Part shown: positions 19,501 through 29,323 of the stretch, in pieces
Numbering within the stretch: position 1 is the stretch's first letter
Layout of the letters: every line of letters starts with the position of its first letter
Virus record (IMG/VR): IMGVR_UViG_3300025534_000007
Span: 5,657 to 69,656 of that record
From: a virus
Length of the DNA: 64,000 nt
Reading direction: 5' to 3' (one strand)
Notes under the pieces: model-generated
What the model was told of the DNA's origin: nothing
Seen by the model: only the letters and a program-made list of their open reading frames with translations
Databases searched by the model: none
Translations under genes and position numbers: made by a program

Positions 19501-19994
19501 TGCCGCAGATCCTTCCGACAACGCAGATCACGGTCAACGACGGGACGCACTCCGGTGCCTACTGGTCTCCGGCCAATGGTGCCCCGTTCACGAACCCGAC
19601 CGCGACTGTCCCGGTCTCAATCCCTGGCGGCCACGGGCTCGTCGGCGTCGAGGTCTACATGGACGCGGGCGGCAACTGGTTCGGTAGTCGAGCCGTCAAC
19701 ATCACCGTCCGCGTCAACGACTCCAACGGCCTGCACATCGGCGACGGTGGCGTCGACGCTGTTGGCCCCAATCAGTTCGGTGGCATCAACTTCGTCGGCC
19801 TGCGCCACACCGGCATCTCCTACAACCGCAACAACGGCGTCGACGAGCCGCTGGCCAACGTCAGCGCACTCTGGTATCAGCTCTTCCCTCAGGGCGACGC
19901 ATCCGGCATGGGGCCGAGCACGTTCTCTCCGGGAACCAGCGTGCAATTCGTCCTGTACGTCGCGCCTGTGCGGCGCCGAGGGGCGGTGCTCTAG
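19500..19994 (+). CDS. hypothetical beta-rich tail-region protein
   Basis: TGATG overlap at 19498-19502; 164 aa. Confidence 0.5.
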   Translation: MPQILPTTQITVNDGTHSGAYWSPANGAPFTNPTATVPVSIPGGHGLVGVEVYMDAGGNWFGSRAVNITVRVNDSNGLHIGDGGVDAVGPNQFGGINFVGLRHTGISYNRNNGVDEPLANVSALWYQLFPQGDASGMGPSTFSPGTSVQFVLYVAPVRRRGAVL

Positions 19995-21494
19995 ATGCCG
20001 ATCCTCCTCGAAGCATTCGCGCGTCAGATCTGGAAGGGCGACCCCGAGTTCGCTCTGCCAGGTTCCGGCCTGGCCGCGCCGCTCAGCATCCGCGCCACGC
20101 TGTCGTTCAACGGCATCACGATCAACGATCTGACGACGATCGACCGCTACGTCGTCACCAGCGTTGACGGCTTCTACAGCGCCGACATCCGATCCAACAG
20201 CATCCCCAACCCCGGCGACCACGGCGAGACCCCACTCAACAACTTCGTCGGCGGCCGCACGATGCTCATCACCGGCTACATCGAGGCCCACAACGCCGAG
20301 CGCCTCGAAGACCTCACTCAGGCGCTCGTGTCCTCCTTTTACTCGATGACCGAGAAGCCGCTCGTGCTCTCGATCGCAGACATCGACCGCGACGTGCAGA
20401 TCATGGCGCGCCTGGCCGACAAGCCCCAGTTCAGCGATCGCTTCGATGGCTTTCAGTTCCGCCGCAACTTCCAGCTCACCCTCCGCGCCACCGACCCTCG
20501 CTGGTACTCACTCCTCAAGCGCCACTACACCGCCAACTTTGGCCTCTACGACCAGTTCCTCGCCCCCAGTCCGCTCGCCAACTGGACGCTCATCGACGGT
20601 GACGAGCCCGACGTGCAGACCGGCGAGATCGCCGCGAGCACGTCAGACAACTCCCTCATCCTGCTCGACAGCCTCGGCTACCAGCCAATTGACGCGCGAA
20701 TCACGACCAAGGTCACGACCGGAAACGCCGTCAACGACAACACGTTCATCGAGATCCGCCCGAAGTTCATCGACGTCAACAACTCGCTGTCGATCCGGCT
20801 CACGACCAACGGGTCCAGCTCGACCATCGCCATCTACTCGATCTCGGGCGGTTCGGCCACCAAGCTCGCAGAGAGCAGCACATTCACCCCGTCAGCCAAC
20901 ACGTCCTACTGGCTCAGCTACGTCCAGCAAGGCAACCTTGTCGGCGCCACGCTCTACTCCGACGACGACCCCTACGACTCGTCGGGCACGATCGTCGCCA
21001 CCGTCGGCACCACGCTCGCAAACAACGACGCCCTCCAGTTCGGCGAGGGCACTGTCGGCCACATCGCACTCTTCCTCCAGCAAAGCACCCAGATCGTCGT
21101 CAACGACTTCCGCGTCGAGGCTCTCTCGCTCGACCACGACGTCATCACGGCCGTGAACGTCGGCAACTGGACTGCGCCACCGACAATCCGCATCCACGGC
21201 TACATGAAGAACGTCGTCATCACGAATCGCACGCCTCTTCGAGACGAGACTCAGCCGCGATTCATCAAGATCAACGGCGAGATCCCAGCAGGCACCTACT
21301 ACGAGTACTCCGCTGCCGACGGGTCGCTGGTCAGCGCCGACGGAACCGACCACTTCGCGCAGATCGACGTCGCTTCACGTCCCTTGCTGATCGAGGGTCT
21401 CAACGACGGCCCCAACATCATCGCCATCAAGGCCGAAGAGGTGAGCACGATCGATGCTCGCATCGAGGTCATGTTCAACAACACCTGGCTCTGA
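19995..21494 (+). CDS. distal tail protein (Dit) with inserted lectin-like domain
   Basis: GGRTMLITGYI...FQLTLRATDPRWYS Dit pattern; C-terminal VGNWTAPPTIRIHG...; ~200-aa central beta insert. Confidence 0.7.
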   Translation: MPILLEAFARQIWKGDPEFALPGSGLAAPLSIRATLSFNGITINDLTTIDRYVVTSVDGFYSADIRSNSIPNPGDHGETPLNNFVGGRTMLITGYIEAHNAERLEDLTQALVSSFYSMTEKPLVLSIADIDRDVQIMARLADKPQFSDRFDGFQFRRNFQLTLRATDPRWYSLLKRHYTANFGLYDQFLAPSPLANWTLIDGDEPDVQTGEIAASTSDNSLILLDSLGYQPIDARITTKVTTGNAVNDNTFIEIRPKFIDVNNSLSIRLTTNGSSSTIAIYSISGGSATKLAESSTFTPSANTSYWLSYVQQGNLVGATLYSDDDPYDSSGTIVATVGTTLANNDALQFGEGTVGHIALFLQQSTQIVVNDFRVEALSLDHDVITAVNVGNWTAPPTIRIHGYMKNVVITNRTPLRDETQPRFIKINGEIPAGTYYEYSAADGSLVSADGTDHFAQIDVASRPLLIEGLNDGPNIIAIKAEEVSTIDARIEVMFNNTWL

Positions 21495-21497
21495 TCC

Positions 21498-23267
21498 ATG
21501 TCAGACCACGGTCTCGTATACCAACAGCTCCCCGAGCGCAAGCACGCGAGCGTCAACGTTCGCTACTACCTCTACGAGAGCAACCTCTTCAACACCGACC
21601 CGCACCCTGTCACCGGGCAGCCGACGCCCGGAATGCACACGCGCGTGCGGCAGCTCCGTCCCTCGGACCGCAGCATCACGCTCCTGCTCAACAAGCCGGG
21701 CAGCGCCAGCTTCACCGTCCCGATCACGAGCGCAGACGCAGCCGCCATCGCAGGCCACCAGATCGACCGCTGCATCGTTGTCCTCTGCGACGGCGCCAAC
21801 CCCGGCGACGACGACATCGTCCTGTTCTCCGGCCCTATCTGGAACTACACGCTCAACGGCGCCAACGAGACGATGCAGGTCAACTGCGTCGGCTGGCTCC
21901 AGTTCCTCGCGGGCCGTGAGCTGCGCCTGCCGTACATCTTCAACCAGGTCGACGCCGGGCAGATCGCCAAGCGCCTCGTCACCACCGCCAACCGTCAGAA
22001 CGCCAACCAGAACGTCCTCAACGACGGCGCCACGAGCGCCGAGGACCTCCTCTTCGGGCGTGGCGATCTGGAGAACGAACTCGATATCGGTTTCGACGGT
22101 GACTGGAGCACCGACCCCGAGATCAGCAACGAATGGGCGATCTCCGGAGCCAACAGCCTCAAGTTCGTCTACTCGGCCAACAGCACCGGGATCGTCCGCG
22201 TCGGCGAGAAGTTCGAAGTCACGCCCGGCAAGACCTACATGGTCCGTGGCGTCGTCAACATCACCTCGCGCAGCGGAACCGCCCACACGCGCATTGATGT
22301 CGCCTACTACAACAACAGCGACGTCCTGATCGCCACCGATCAAGGCACTCAGCAGAACACGGTCGGCGTCCATGACGTCATCCAAACCGTCGTCGCCCCG
22401 CTCGGCGCAACCAAGGCTGCCGTCCATCTCGTCTGCGCCGCGTCCGCAGGAGGGGCGATCACCGGCTACTGGGACAACTTGCTCTGCTCCGAGAACGACG
22501 TCGAGATCTACCCGACCCCGATCGAGGTCGACGATCTCTACGTCGACTACCCGGCCAACCCGCCCGGCGCCGACCGCATTCGCACCTACCAGCAGGACCA
22601 GAAGATCCTCAACGCGCTCGAAGAGTTGGCCGGCGTCGAGGCCGGATTCGACTTCGGCGTCGTCATCGTCAAAGACAACCCATCCGGGCAGCCCGGAGGT
22701 GAGACCTACAGGCGCTTCTTCCGCGTCTGGTGGCAGCAGGTCAAGAGCGGCGCGAACATCTACGGTCGCGGCTCCGATCGCCCAGACGTGGTGTTCAGCT
22801 ACCGCTGGATGATCCCGAACCTGTCGGACTTCACCGAGAACTCCCAGGTCGACAGCCTCAGCAACCGCATCAAGGCGCGCGGAGCCGTAGGTGTCGGTAT
22901 GGCCCAGGACATGGACTCCATCCGCCGCTACGGCATCTGGGAGGACACCGAGCAAATCACCGACGTAGGAATCAGCGCCGAGATTCTCAAAGCCTACGCG
23001 GGCGCCGAGGTCGTCTACCGCTGCCAGCCGATCAAGCACTGGTCACCGACGCCCTTGCCTTACGACGGCACCAAGAAGGTCCCGCGCTTCCCCGTCGACT
23101 ACGACCTCGGCGACATCTGCTACGTCGTCGCTGACCACGGCGCACTCCAAGTCGGCACCGATCCCGCGATCGGCAAGCAGCCCATCCGGTTCTTCGGCGT
23201 CACGATCAACTTCGACGACGCCGACAACATGACCGTCTCGAACGTCCAGACGAGCTACAGCGCATGA
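21498..23267 (+). CDS. baseplate hub/Tal-like minor tail protein with inserted carbohydrate-binding module
   Basis: LLLNKPGSASFTVP...FSGPIW N-terminus; insert GANSLKF...FEVTPGKTYMVRG; C-terminal YDLGDICYV. Confidence 0.65.
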   Translation: MSDHGLVYQQLPERKHASVNVRYYLYESNLFNTDPHPVTGQPTPGMHTRVRQLRPSDRSITLLLNKPGSASFTVPITSADAAAIAGHQIDRCIVVLCDGANPGDDDIVLFSGPIWNYTLNGANETMQVNCVGWLQFLAGRELRLPYIFNQVDAGQIAKRLVTTANRQNANQNVLNDGATSAEDLLFGRGDLENELDIGFDGDWSTDPEISNEWAISGANSLKFVYSANSTGIVRVGEKFEVTPGKTYMVRGVVNITSRSGTAHTRIDVAYYNNSDVLIATDQGTQQNTVGVHDVIQTVVAPLGATKAAVHLVCAASAGGAITGYWDNLLCSENDVEIYPTPIEVDDLYVDYPANPPGADRIRTYQQDQKILNALEELAGVEAGFDFGVVIVKDNPSGQPGGETYRRFFRVWWQQVKSGANIYGRGSDRPDVVFSYRWMIPNLSDFTENSQVDSLSNRIKARGAVGVGMAQDMDSIRRYGIWEDTEQITDVGISAEILKAYAGAEVVYRCQPIKHWSPTPLPYDGTKKVPRFPVDYDLGDICYVVADHGALQVGTDPAIGKQPIRFFGVTINFDDADNMTVSNVQTSYSA

Positions 23268-23581
23268 GCATCCCACAGTTCACCCCAGACGTTCGTCGCA
23301 CGATCCAGAACCTCGAAGACGGTCTTGCGCGCGTTAAGGCAGATCTGCTCGCGCTGCAAACGTCGCCCGGCGGTGGGGCTAACGACGGGTCGACGCACGT
23401 CCATACGCAGTCAATCCCGTCCTCCACCTGGACGATCAACCACAATCTTGCTCGATACCCGTCGGTGACGGTTGTCGATTCCACAGGAAGGGTGCTGTTT
23501 GCAGCAGTCGAGTACGTCAATCAGAACACGATCACCATCACGTTCGGTGGTAGCACTGCTGGCCAGGCATTCTTGAACTAA
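23264..23581 (+). CDS. small tail-fibre-associated protein
   Basis: HTQSIPSSTWTINHNLARYPSVTVVDSTG...EYVNQNTITITF. Confidence 0.65.
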   Translation: MSIPQFTPDVRRTIQNLEDGLARVKADLLALQTSPGGGANDGSTHVHTQSIPSSTWTINHNLARYPSVTVVDSTGRVLFAAVEYVNQNTITITFGGSTAGQAFLN

Positions 23582-23593
23582 CGGAGAACGACA

Positions 23594-24955
23594 ATGGCGA
23601 ATGACGAGGCACCTTTTGGTGTAAGCATCAACCTCAACCAGTACGAGCTTCGCAACGCACGAGTCCAGAACCTCGCTAGCGATCCGGGAAGCCCGGTCGA
23701 AGGTCAGGTCTGGTGGAAGACGGCGACGAAGCGACTCGCCATCTATGACGGGTCAACGACCCGCGAGCTGCTCGTCTCTGGCACCATCAAGAACAGCGAC
23801 ATCGCGTCCGACGCCGCGATCGCAATCAGCAAGCTCGCTGTCGATCCTCGCGACCGATCGACCCACACCGGCACTCAGACCGCCAGCACGATCAGCGACT
23901 TCAACACGGCGGTCCGGTCGAACCGTCTGGACCAGATGGCGGCGCCAGCGGCGAACGTGTCGCTCAACAGCAAGAAGATCACGAATCTCGCTGATCCGAC
24001 GTCCGACACCGACGCAGCGAACAAGAAGTACGTCGACACGAGCATCTCGAACGTCGTGACCGGCCTCAAGCAGCAAGCCATCTCGGTGTTCGCTGCCAGC
24101 GGCGAGAACCTGAACGATTCAGTCGGCGGTCTGAAGATCGATGCGTCGAACCTCGGCGACAAGCTCCCAGGCGTTTCCTCCGAGGACCTTGTCGAGGGAG
24201 AGACGCTGATCCTCGTCAAGGACCAGTCGTCCGCAAATGAGAACGGCATCTATGTCGTCGACGAATGGGACGACGCCTATAACAGCTGGAACTTGATTCG
24301 CGCCGATGTGATGAGCACGTGGGACGACGTGCCGGGGCGCCTCATCATCGTCGAGTCCGGGGGCTTCGAGGACACGATCTGGCTGTCGACTGCTGATCGC
24401 GGGGGCACCCTGGAGATCACGCCGATCACGTTCACCCAGCTTCCGATGGACGTCGAGACGGTCACCGCCGGTGATGGTCTCCAGAAGACGGGGAGCACGC
24501 TGGCGGTCAAGCTCGATGGGTCGACGCTCTCGGCCTCGTCGATCGGGCTCAAGATCGCTAATGGCGGCATCAGTAACGTCCAGCTTGCCAGCAATGCGGT
24601 GACGGGCGACAAGCTCGCCGACAGCGCCATCGTCCTCAACGGCACCAAGGTCACGGGCGCCCTCCCCATCAACAAGGGAGGCACGGGCGCGACGTCTGCC
24701 GCAGCCGCGCGCACCAACCTCGGCGTCCCGGGCAAGTACACGAACGGAGGCGTCCACGCGGCTGGGGCCACGATCTCGATCCCGGCCTCGACTCACGGTC
24801 TTGGCTCTGGTCGAGCGAAGATCGTCCAGGTGTGGCGACTCTCCGATGGCGTTGAGATCATCGCGAACAAGACCATCGCGGCCAACGGCGACGTCACCAT
24901 CACGTTCGGTTCGTCGGTTGGCGCCAACACGCATGAGGTGGTGATCGTGGGGTGA
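23594..24955 (+). CDS. tail fibre protein
   Basis: VQNLASDPGSPVEGQVWW, KITNLADPTSDTDAANKKYVD fibre repeats. Confidence 0.75.
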   Translation: MANDEAPFGVSINLNQYELRNARVQNLASDPGSPVEGQVWWKTATKRLAIYDGSTTRELLVSGTIKNSDIASDAAIAISKLAVDPRDRSTHTGTQTASTISDFNTAVRSNRLDQMAAPAANVSLNSKKITNLADPTSDTDAANKKYVDTSISNVVTGLKQQAISVFAASGENLNDSVGGLKIDASNLGDKLPGVSSEDLVEGETLILVKDQSSANENGIYVVDEWDDAYNSWNLIRADVMSTWDDVPGRLIIVESGGFEDTIWLSTADRGGTLEITPITFTQLPMDVETVTAGDGLQKTGSTLAVKLDGSTLSASSIGLKIANGGISNVQLASNAVTGDKLADSAIVLNGTKVTGALPINKGGTGATSAAAARTNLGVPGKYTNGGVHAAGATISIPASTHGLGSGRAKIVQVWRLSDGVEIIANKTIAANGDVTITFGSSVGANTHEVVIVG

Positions 24956-26316
24956 GCGCAATCGAGGTCAGCGGCGATCTTCGAGTTACGAACGGGACGC
25001 TCTACCTGCCGAATCTCTCGGGTACGAACGGCGGAGCGCTCGTAGTCGACACATCCACGGGTGAGGTTTCGGTCGGCGCCAAGCCCGGCGAGGGTGGCGG
25101 CGCCGGCCCCGTCGACGCCACGAAGGTGGGCGAGATTCGCACTTGGGCGCGGGCCACGATCCCCGACGACTGCGTCCTCGCTGACGGCGGCACCTACACG
25201 CAGGCCGACTACCCAGAGCTGTACGCGGTGGCGGTGGCCGAGCAGACCGCAGGCAACCCGCTGTGGACGGCGAACACGAGCGCCAAGACGTTCACGGTGC
25301 CTGACCTGCGCAACCGGTTCATCTACGGCAAGGGTGCGAAGTCGCTGGGCGCGACGGGCGGCTCGGAGACGCACACGCTGACCGTCTCCGAGATGCCGTC
25401 GCATAGTCACGCGATCAACGCCTACACCACGAATCACGAAGCGGGAGGCCACGGTACCCGCGTTGACGCTCATGGATTCCAAGACCGTGTACTTGTAAAT
25501 GTGAGCGGGGGCCAGTCGTCAGCAGCGGCCGGTAGCGGTCAAGCGCACAACAACATGCCGCCCTACGTGGTCTTGGCGTTCATCGTGCAGGCCAAGCCGG
25601 TGGCCGTGTCCGAAGGGGGCGAGCTAGTCGACGGCTCGGTCACCGAGCAGAAGCTCGCCGACGGCGCGGTCACGACGCAGAAGCTGGCCAACGGGGCGGT
25701 GACCGCCGCGAAGATCGACTACGGCGACGGCCTGGAGGCCAACGGCAACAAGCTCCAGGCGAAGCTGGGTGCAGGGCTCGCGTTCGACGGCAGCGGCGCG
25801 ATCGAAGTGACCGGCGGCGGCGGGTCAGGTGGTGCTGTCCGATGGCGCGGCGCTTGGTCATCGGCCACGAGCTACGATAAGGACGACGTCGTCTCGTACA
25901 GCGGCTACTACTGGCGCGCAGTCTCAGCGCACAGTGGAGTGACAGCTCCGTCGTCTAGCACGAACTGGACGTTGTTCCTAGCATTGGTTGCTGGAGCGTC
26001 TATCACGTTCACGCCGCGCCAGAACGCGATCTACCGCATTCGTGCCGAAGTCATCGCGTACCCGTCTGGCGTCAACAACGGCACTTACTTGCAGGCGTAC
26101 CTTCGCGACAACGGCAGTCCTATCCACGCCGCAGAAAACGTCGGCTATATCGACAACTGGGCAGGCTATCGCCAGTACCAGTACCAACACTGGTCCCGAG
26201 AGGTGTGGCGCGACGCACCTGCGAACGTAGCGAGGACCTACGACATCACGTACAACAACAATCAGTGGGCGGTCGACTCAAATCGCCTGATCATTCAGGA
26301 GATCGCCCACGCCTAG
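24952..26316 (+). CDS. tail fibre protein with tail-collar domain
   Basis: VGEIRTWA...LADGGTY...YPELYAV...VPDLRNRF...GGSETHTLTVSEMPSHSH...HNNMPPYVVLAFI. Confidence 0.8.
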   Translation: MSAIEVSGDLRVTNGTLYLPNLSGTNGGALVVDTSTGEVSVGAKPGEGGGAGPVDATKVGEIRTWARATIPDDCVLADGGTYTQADYPELYAVAVAEQTAGNPLWTANTSAKTFTVPDLRNRFIYGKGAKSLGATGGSETHTLTVSEMPSHSHAINAYTTNHEAGGHGTRVDAHGFQDRVLVNVSGGQSSAAAGSGQAHNNMPPYVVLAFIVQAKPVAVSEGGELVDGSVTEQKLADGAVTTQKLANGAVTAAKIDYGDGLEANGNKLQAKLGAGLAFDGSGAIEVTGGGGSGGAVRWRGAWSSATSYDKDDVVSYSGYYWRAVSAHSGVTAPSSSTNWTLFLALVAGASITFTPRQNAIYRIRAEVIAYPSGVNNGTYLQAYLRDNGSPIHAAENVGYIDNWAGYRQYQYQHWSREVWRDAPANVARTYDITYNNNQWAVDSNRLIIQEIAHA

Positions 26317-26355
26317 GCGACCCGTCAAGACAGGCTGGAAACGTAACATTCACCC

Positions 26356-26772
26356 GTGGCCTCCAGTCCTGAACAGGGTCGAACCATGTGGCCTGATGAG
26401 CGCATCGACGACCTCGCTCGTATGGTCCGAGACCTGACCCCACTCGTCGCCGATGTCGCTCGTCATGACGCCTTGATCGCGCAGGTCATCGATCGGCTCG
26501 ACGGCATCGACACCGCCATCGCCAACATCGACGCGACGCTGACGAAGCGCATCGAGGAGGTTGTCGAGGCCCAGTCAGAGTTCCGCGAGGAGTACAGGGC
26601 TAATCGAGAAGAGGATCAGATCGCCCAGGCGAGACGCACGGCCGAAGAGCGCAAGCAGCGCGGCGCCATCATCATCTCTCTCGCAGGCGTCTTCGTGCCG
26701 GTCTTCGTCGCGCTCATCTACGTCGCAGCCTACTTCCTCTCCAACGGAATGGTCGAGGTACCGAAGCCATGA
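26356..26772 (+). CDS. coiled-coil protein with C-terminal transmembrane helix
   Basis: AIIISLAGVFVPVFVALIYVAAYFL hydrophobic segment. Confidence 0.65.
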   Translation: MASSPEQGRTMWPDERIDDLARMVRDLTPLVADVARHDALIAQVIDRLDGIDTAIANIDATLTKRIEEVVEAQSEFREEYRANREEDQIAQARRTAEERKQRGAIIISLAGVFVPVFVALIYVAAYFLSNGMVEVPKP

Positions 26773-27200
26773 CCAAGGTCTTTATGTTCTTCGCGCGGCC
26801 TAGGGTCCAGGCAGTCACGGTCTTCATCGTCGGCGTGCTCGCGTCCATCGCTCTCATCCTCGCTGGTCTTGCTGTGGCCCGCATCAGCGATCAGGCTGAG
26901 AGTCTGGCCGAGTTCAGCCACGCTACCGTGCAGGCGAACATCGACGCGCGCTACGACGACTGCATCACGCTGGAAGAGGTCAAGGCCGCAGGCCGTCAGT
27001 CTGTTGAGGCTGACGAGCAGGCGGAGTCCATCCTCTTCGACATCCTCCCCCAGCTCGACACACCTAAGATCCGCGCCATCATCGCCAAGGCGCGCGCTCG
27101 ACAGGTCGATGCCTACGAACAGGACGACTGCTTGGCCTACGCGCTCGAAGCCCTGCCCGAGGGCGCCGATCCCAACGACTATCTGATCCCAGAGGGTTGA
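26769..27200 (+). CDS. membrane protein with N-terminal transmembrane helix
   Basis: VTVFIVGVLASIALILAGLAVA; ATGA overlap with the previous gene. Confidence 0.65.
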   Translation: MTKVFMFFARPRVQAVTVFIVGVLASIALILAGLAVARISDQAESLAEFSHATVQANIDARYDDCITLEEVKAAGRQSVEADEQAESILFDILPQLDTPKIRAIIAKARARQVDAYEQDDCLAYALEALPEGADPNDYLIPEG

Positions 27201-27283
27201 GCGAGAACGTCCCCGGATGGCTCGATACCACGAGGAGCGTGGCTAGCCTATCTTGATAGCCACGTGCTATGCTCTCGCGCGCA

Positions 27284-27484
27284 ATGAGCGTGTCAGCGAA
27301 CCCCTTCATCCCTGAGATCCTGACTCCAGAGGAGGTCGCAAACCTCCTCCGCATCTCGCGCAAGACCGTCATGACCTACGCCCGCAGGGGCGACATCCCC
27401 AGCTTCAAGGTCGGCAAGTATGTCCGCTTCCGGCGCGAGGACGTTCAACGCTATGTGGATCAGGCGTCTGCTCATCCGTCCTGA
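27284..27484 (+). CDS. xis: excisionase-like helix-turn-helix protein
   Basis: ILTPEEVANLLRISRKTVMTYARRGDIPSFKVGKYVRFRREDV; adjacent to the integrase. Confidence 0.8.
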   Translation: MSVSANPFIPEILTPEEVANLLRISRKTVMTYARRGDIPSFKVGKYVRFRREDVQRYVDQASAHPS

Positions 27485-28800
27485 ATGCGGCTGAGTAGGT
27501 TGGCGTCCTCACGCTTGGGCATCCAGTGGATGTAGACCATCGTCGTCTGGATATCGGCGTGCCCCATCCACTGCTGGATTGTCGTCAGGGGGACGCCTGC
27601 CGCCGCACACATAGTGCCGAATGCATGGCGTAGGCCATGAAACTTCAGCTTCGGCAGCTCAATGCCTTCCTTGGCCTTGGCTTCGATCACCGCATCGCGA
27701 GCCTGGTTGTATTTCCGTTGCACGCAGCGTGGGTGGATGTGCTTGCGCGGGTCGCCGTGGTTGAAGACAAGCCAGGACGGATGCGCGCCTTCAGGAATCA
27801 AGGGCTCCAGGATGTCGCGAGCCTTATCGCTCATCGGCACGGTTCGAGCTACGCCAGACTTCGGGTCATCCTCGCCAACTTGAGGCCCTCCGTAGGTTTT
27901 CGGAGTTCGGATCACGCGACCGTCGAAGTCCAGGTTGCCTACCCGCAGCGCAATCAGCTCACCCAACCGCAGTCCGGTTAGAACACCCAAACGAATGATG
28001 TCGTCGATCGGGTGGTCGTCGCACGTTGCAGCGATCTCTTCGATGACATCCATGTCGTAGACCTTGATCAACTGGCGGCGCCGACGAGATGTTCGGCGCT
28101 CCATCTGATCCATCGGATTGCTGTCGATGTACTTCTTCGCGATTGCGTACTTGAAGATCGTCGACAGAACAGTCCTGTACTTGTCTCTTGTGCGCGTTCT
28201 GTATCCGGCGGATCGAAACTCTTCGTCAAGCTTCGCAATGTCGTCAGCCGTCACCTTGTCGATCGGTTTCGATCCGAGGAGTTCGTGCACGATGGCTGGT
28301 GTCTTCTTCACCCCGTCCCGTCGCGTTGTCGCACCCTTGGTTACGAACATCGACCTATAGCTGATGAAGGACGAGCGCTTCAAGTAGCCGTCTTCTACTT
28401 TGTCTTTGCAGTTCTCGACCCATTCATCGACAACCATTGCGAACGTGACGGTCGGCTTGCCGTTTGCATGGTTGGCGTCTCGCGCCTGATGAGCGCGCGC
28501 TATCTCAGCTTCGCGCTCGTCAATCGCAGCTTCGAGCGCCTTGATGGCGTCAGCATGAGTGAGGAACCCTTCGGGGCAACGATCGCGCCGCTTGGCCCAG
28601 AAGTTCTGCCAGGAGTCGTAGAGGCGCTTCTCGCGCAGCTCTTTGGCGACGAACGGGTTGTTGGCGACCGCTTCCTTCTTCTGGAGCCACGCCGGGCCAA
28701 GCTTCTTCTGTCGCTTGATTCCAGCTGAGTCGCGCCAGTAGCCATACCACTGCGGCCCGCTCTTGCGCTCGACGACGTTGAGGCTTCCGTGCGTGGGCAT
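27472..28800 (-). CDS. int: tyrosine integrase
   Basis: TGLRLGELIAL, KSG, FHGLRHAFGT, WMGHADIQTTMVY: catalytic R-K-H-R-H-Y present. Confidence 0.95.
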   Translation of the reverse strand: MPTHGSLNVVERKSGPQWYGYWRDSAGIKRQKKLGPAWLQKKEAVANNPFVAKELREKRLYDSWQNFWAKRRDRCPEGFLTHADAIKALEAAIDEREAEIARAHQARDANHANGKPTVTFAMVVDEWVENCKDKVEDGYLKRSSFISYRSMFVTKGATTRRDGVKKTPAIVHELLGSKPIDKVTADDIAKLDEEFRSAGYRTRTRDKYRTVLSTIFKYAIAKKYIDSNPMDQMERRTSRRRRQLIKVYDMDVIEEIAATCDDHPIDDIIRLGVLTGLRLGELIALRVGNLDFDGRVIRTPKTYGGPQVGEDDPKSGVARTVPMSDKARDILEPLIPEGAHPSWLVFNHGDPRKHIHPRCVQRKYNQARDAVIEAKAKEGIELPKLKFHGLRHAFGTMCAAAGVPLTTIQQWMGHADIQTTMVYIHWMPKREDANLLSRIQDG

Positions 28801-28818
28801 GCCGGGATGCTAGTACGC

Positions 28819-29050
28819 CGTGTAACTCGACGTGTAACTCCGCTAGCGGAGCAACGGGGATCAAAGGCCCCCATCAGCAAGCCAAAAAACCGCTAGGAGC
28901 GCGAAATCAGCCTACTGCGTGGAACTCGAAGTTCCGCGACTACCAGGCCAGCGCATCCGTCATAGGTCGCCAAAATGCCTGCATACCGGCCCATTTTGCG
29001 AATCACCACCTTGCACCAGACCACTACGTGTAACTGGGGTCGTGTAACTC
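28819..29050. other. putative attP region with paired arm-type repeats
   Basis: CGTGTAACTC at 28819, 28831, 29041 and CGTGTAACTG at 29027, in non-coding DNA next to the int start. Confidence 0.65.
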
Positions 29051-29323
29051 GGCGCGGTTTCCCTCCCAGAACCGAGCAAGCTCATGAGGGACCGAGAAGG
29101 CCGATCAAGGCGCGAATGCTCCAATGGATCGAGAGGGATCGAAAGGGGTCGAAGCGGCCAGAAATGGGACGACGTGTTTCAATCTGGTGCGTCGTCTATG
29201 GTCTGCACTGGCCGTTCGGCACGCTGTGCGCCCGACAAAGCTCTAACATCTGGCCAAATCTGCCGAAACCTTCCAAATTTCGACAGAACCCTTGATTGAC
29301 TCGAAGAGACCTATGTAGTTAGA

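Noticed and set aside
24952-26316. Diversity-generating retroelement acting on the tail fibre
   Set aside because: No reverse transcriptase and no near-identical template/variable repeat pair seen in the window.
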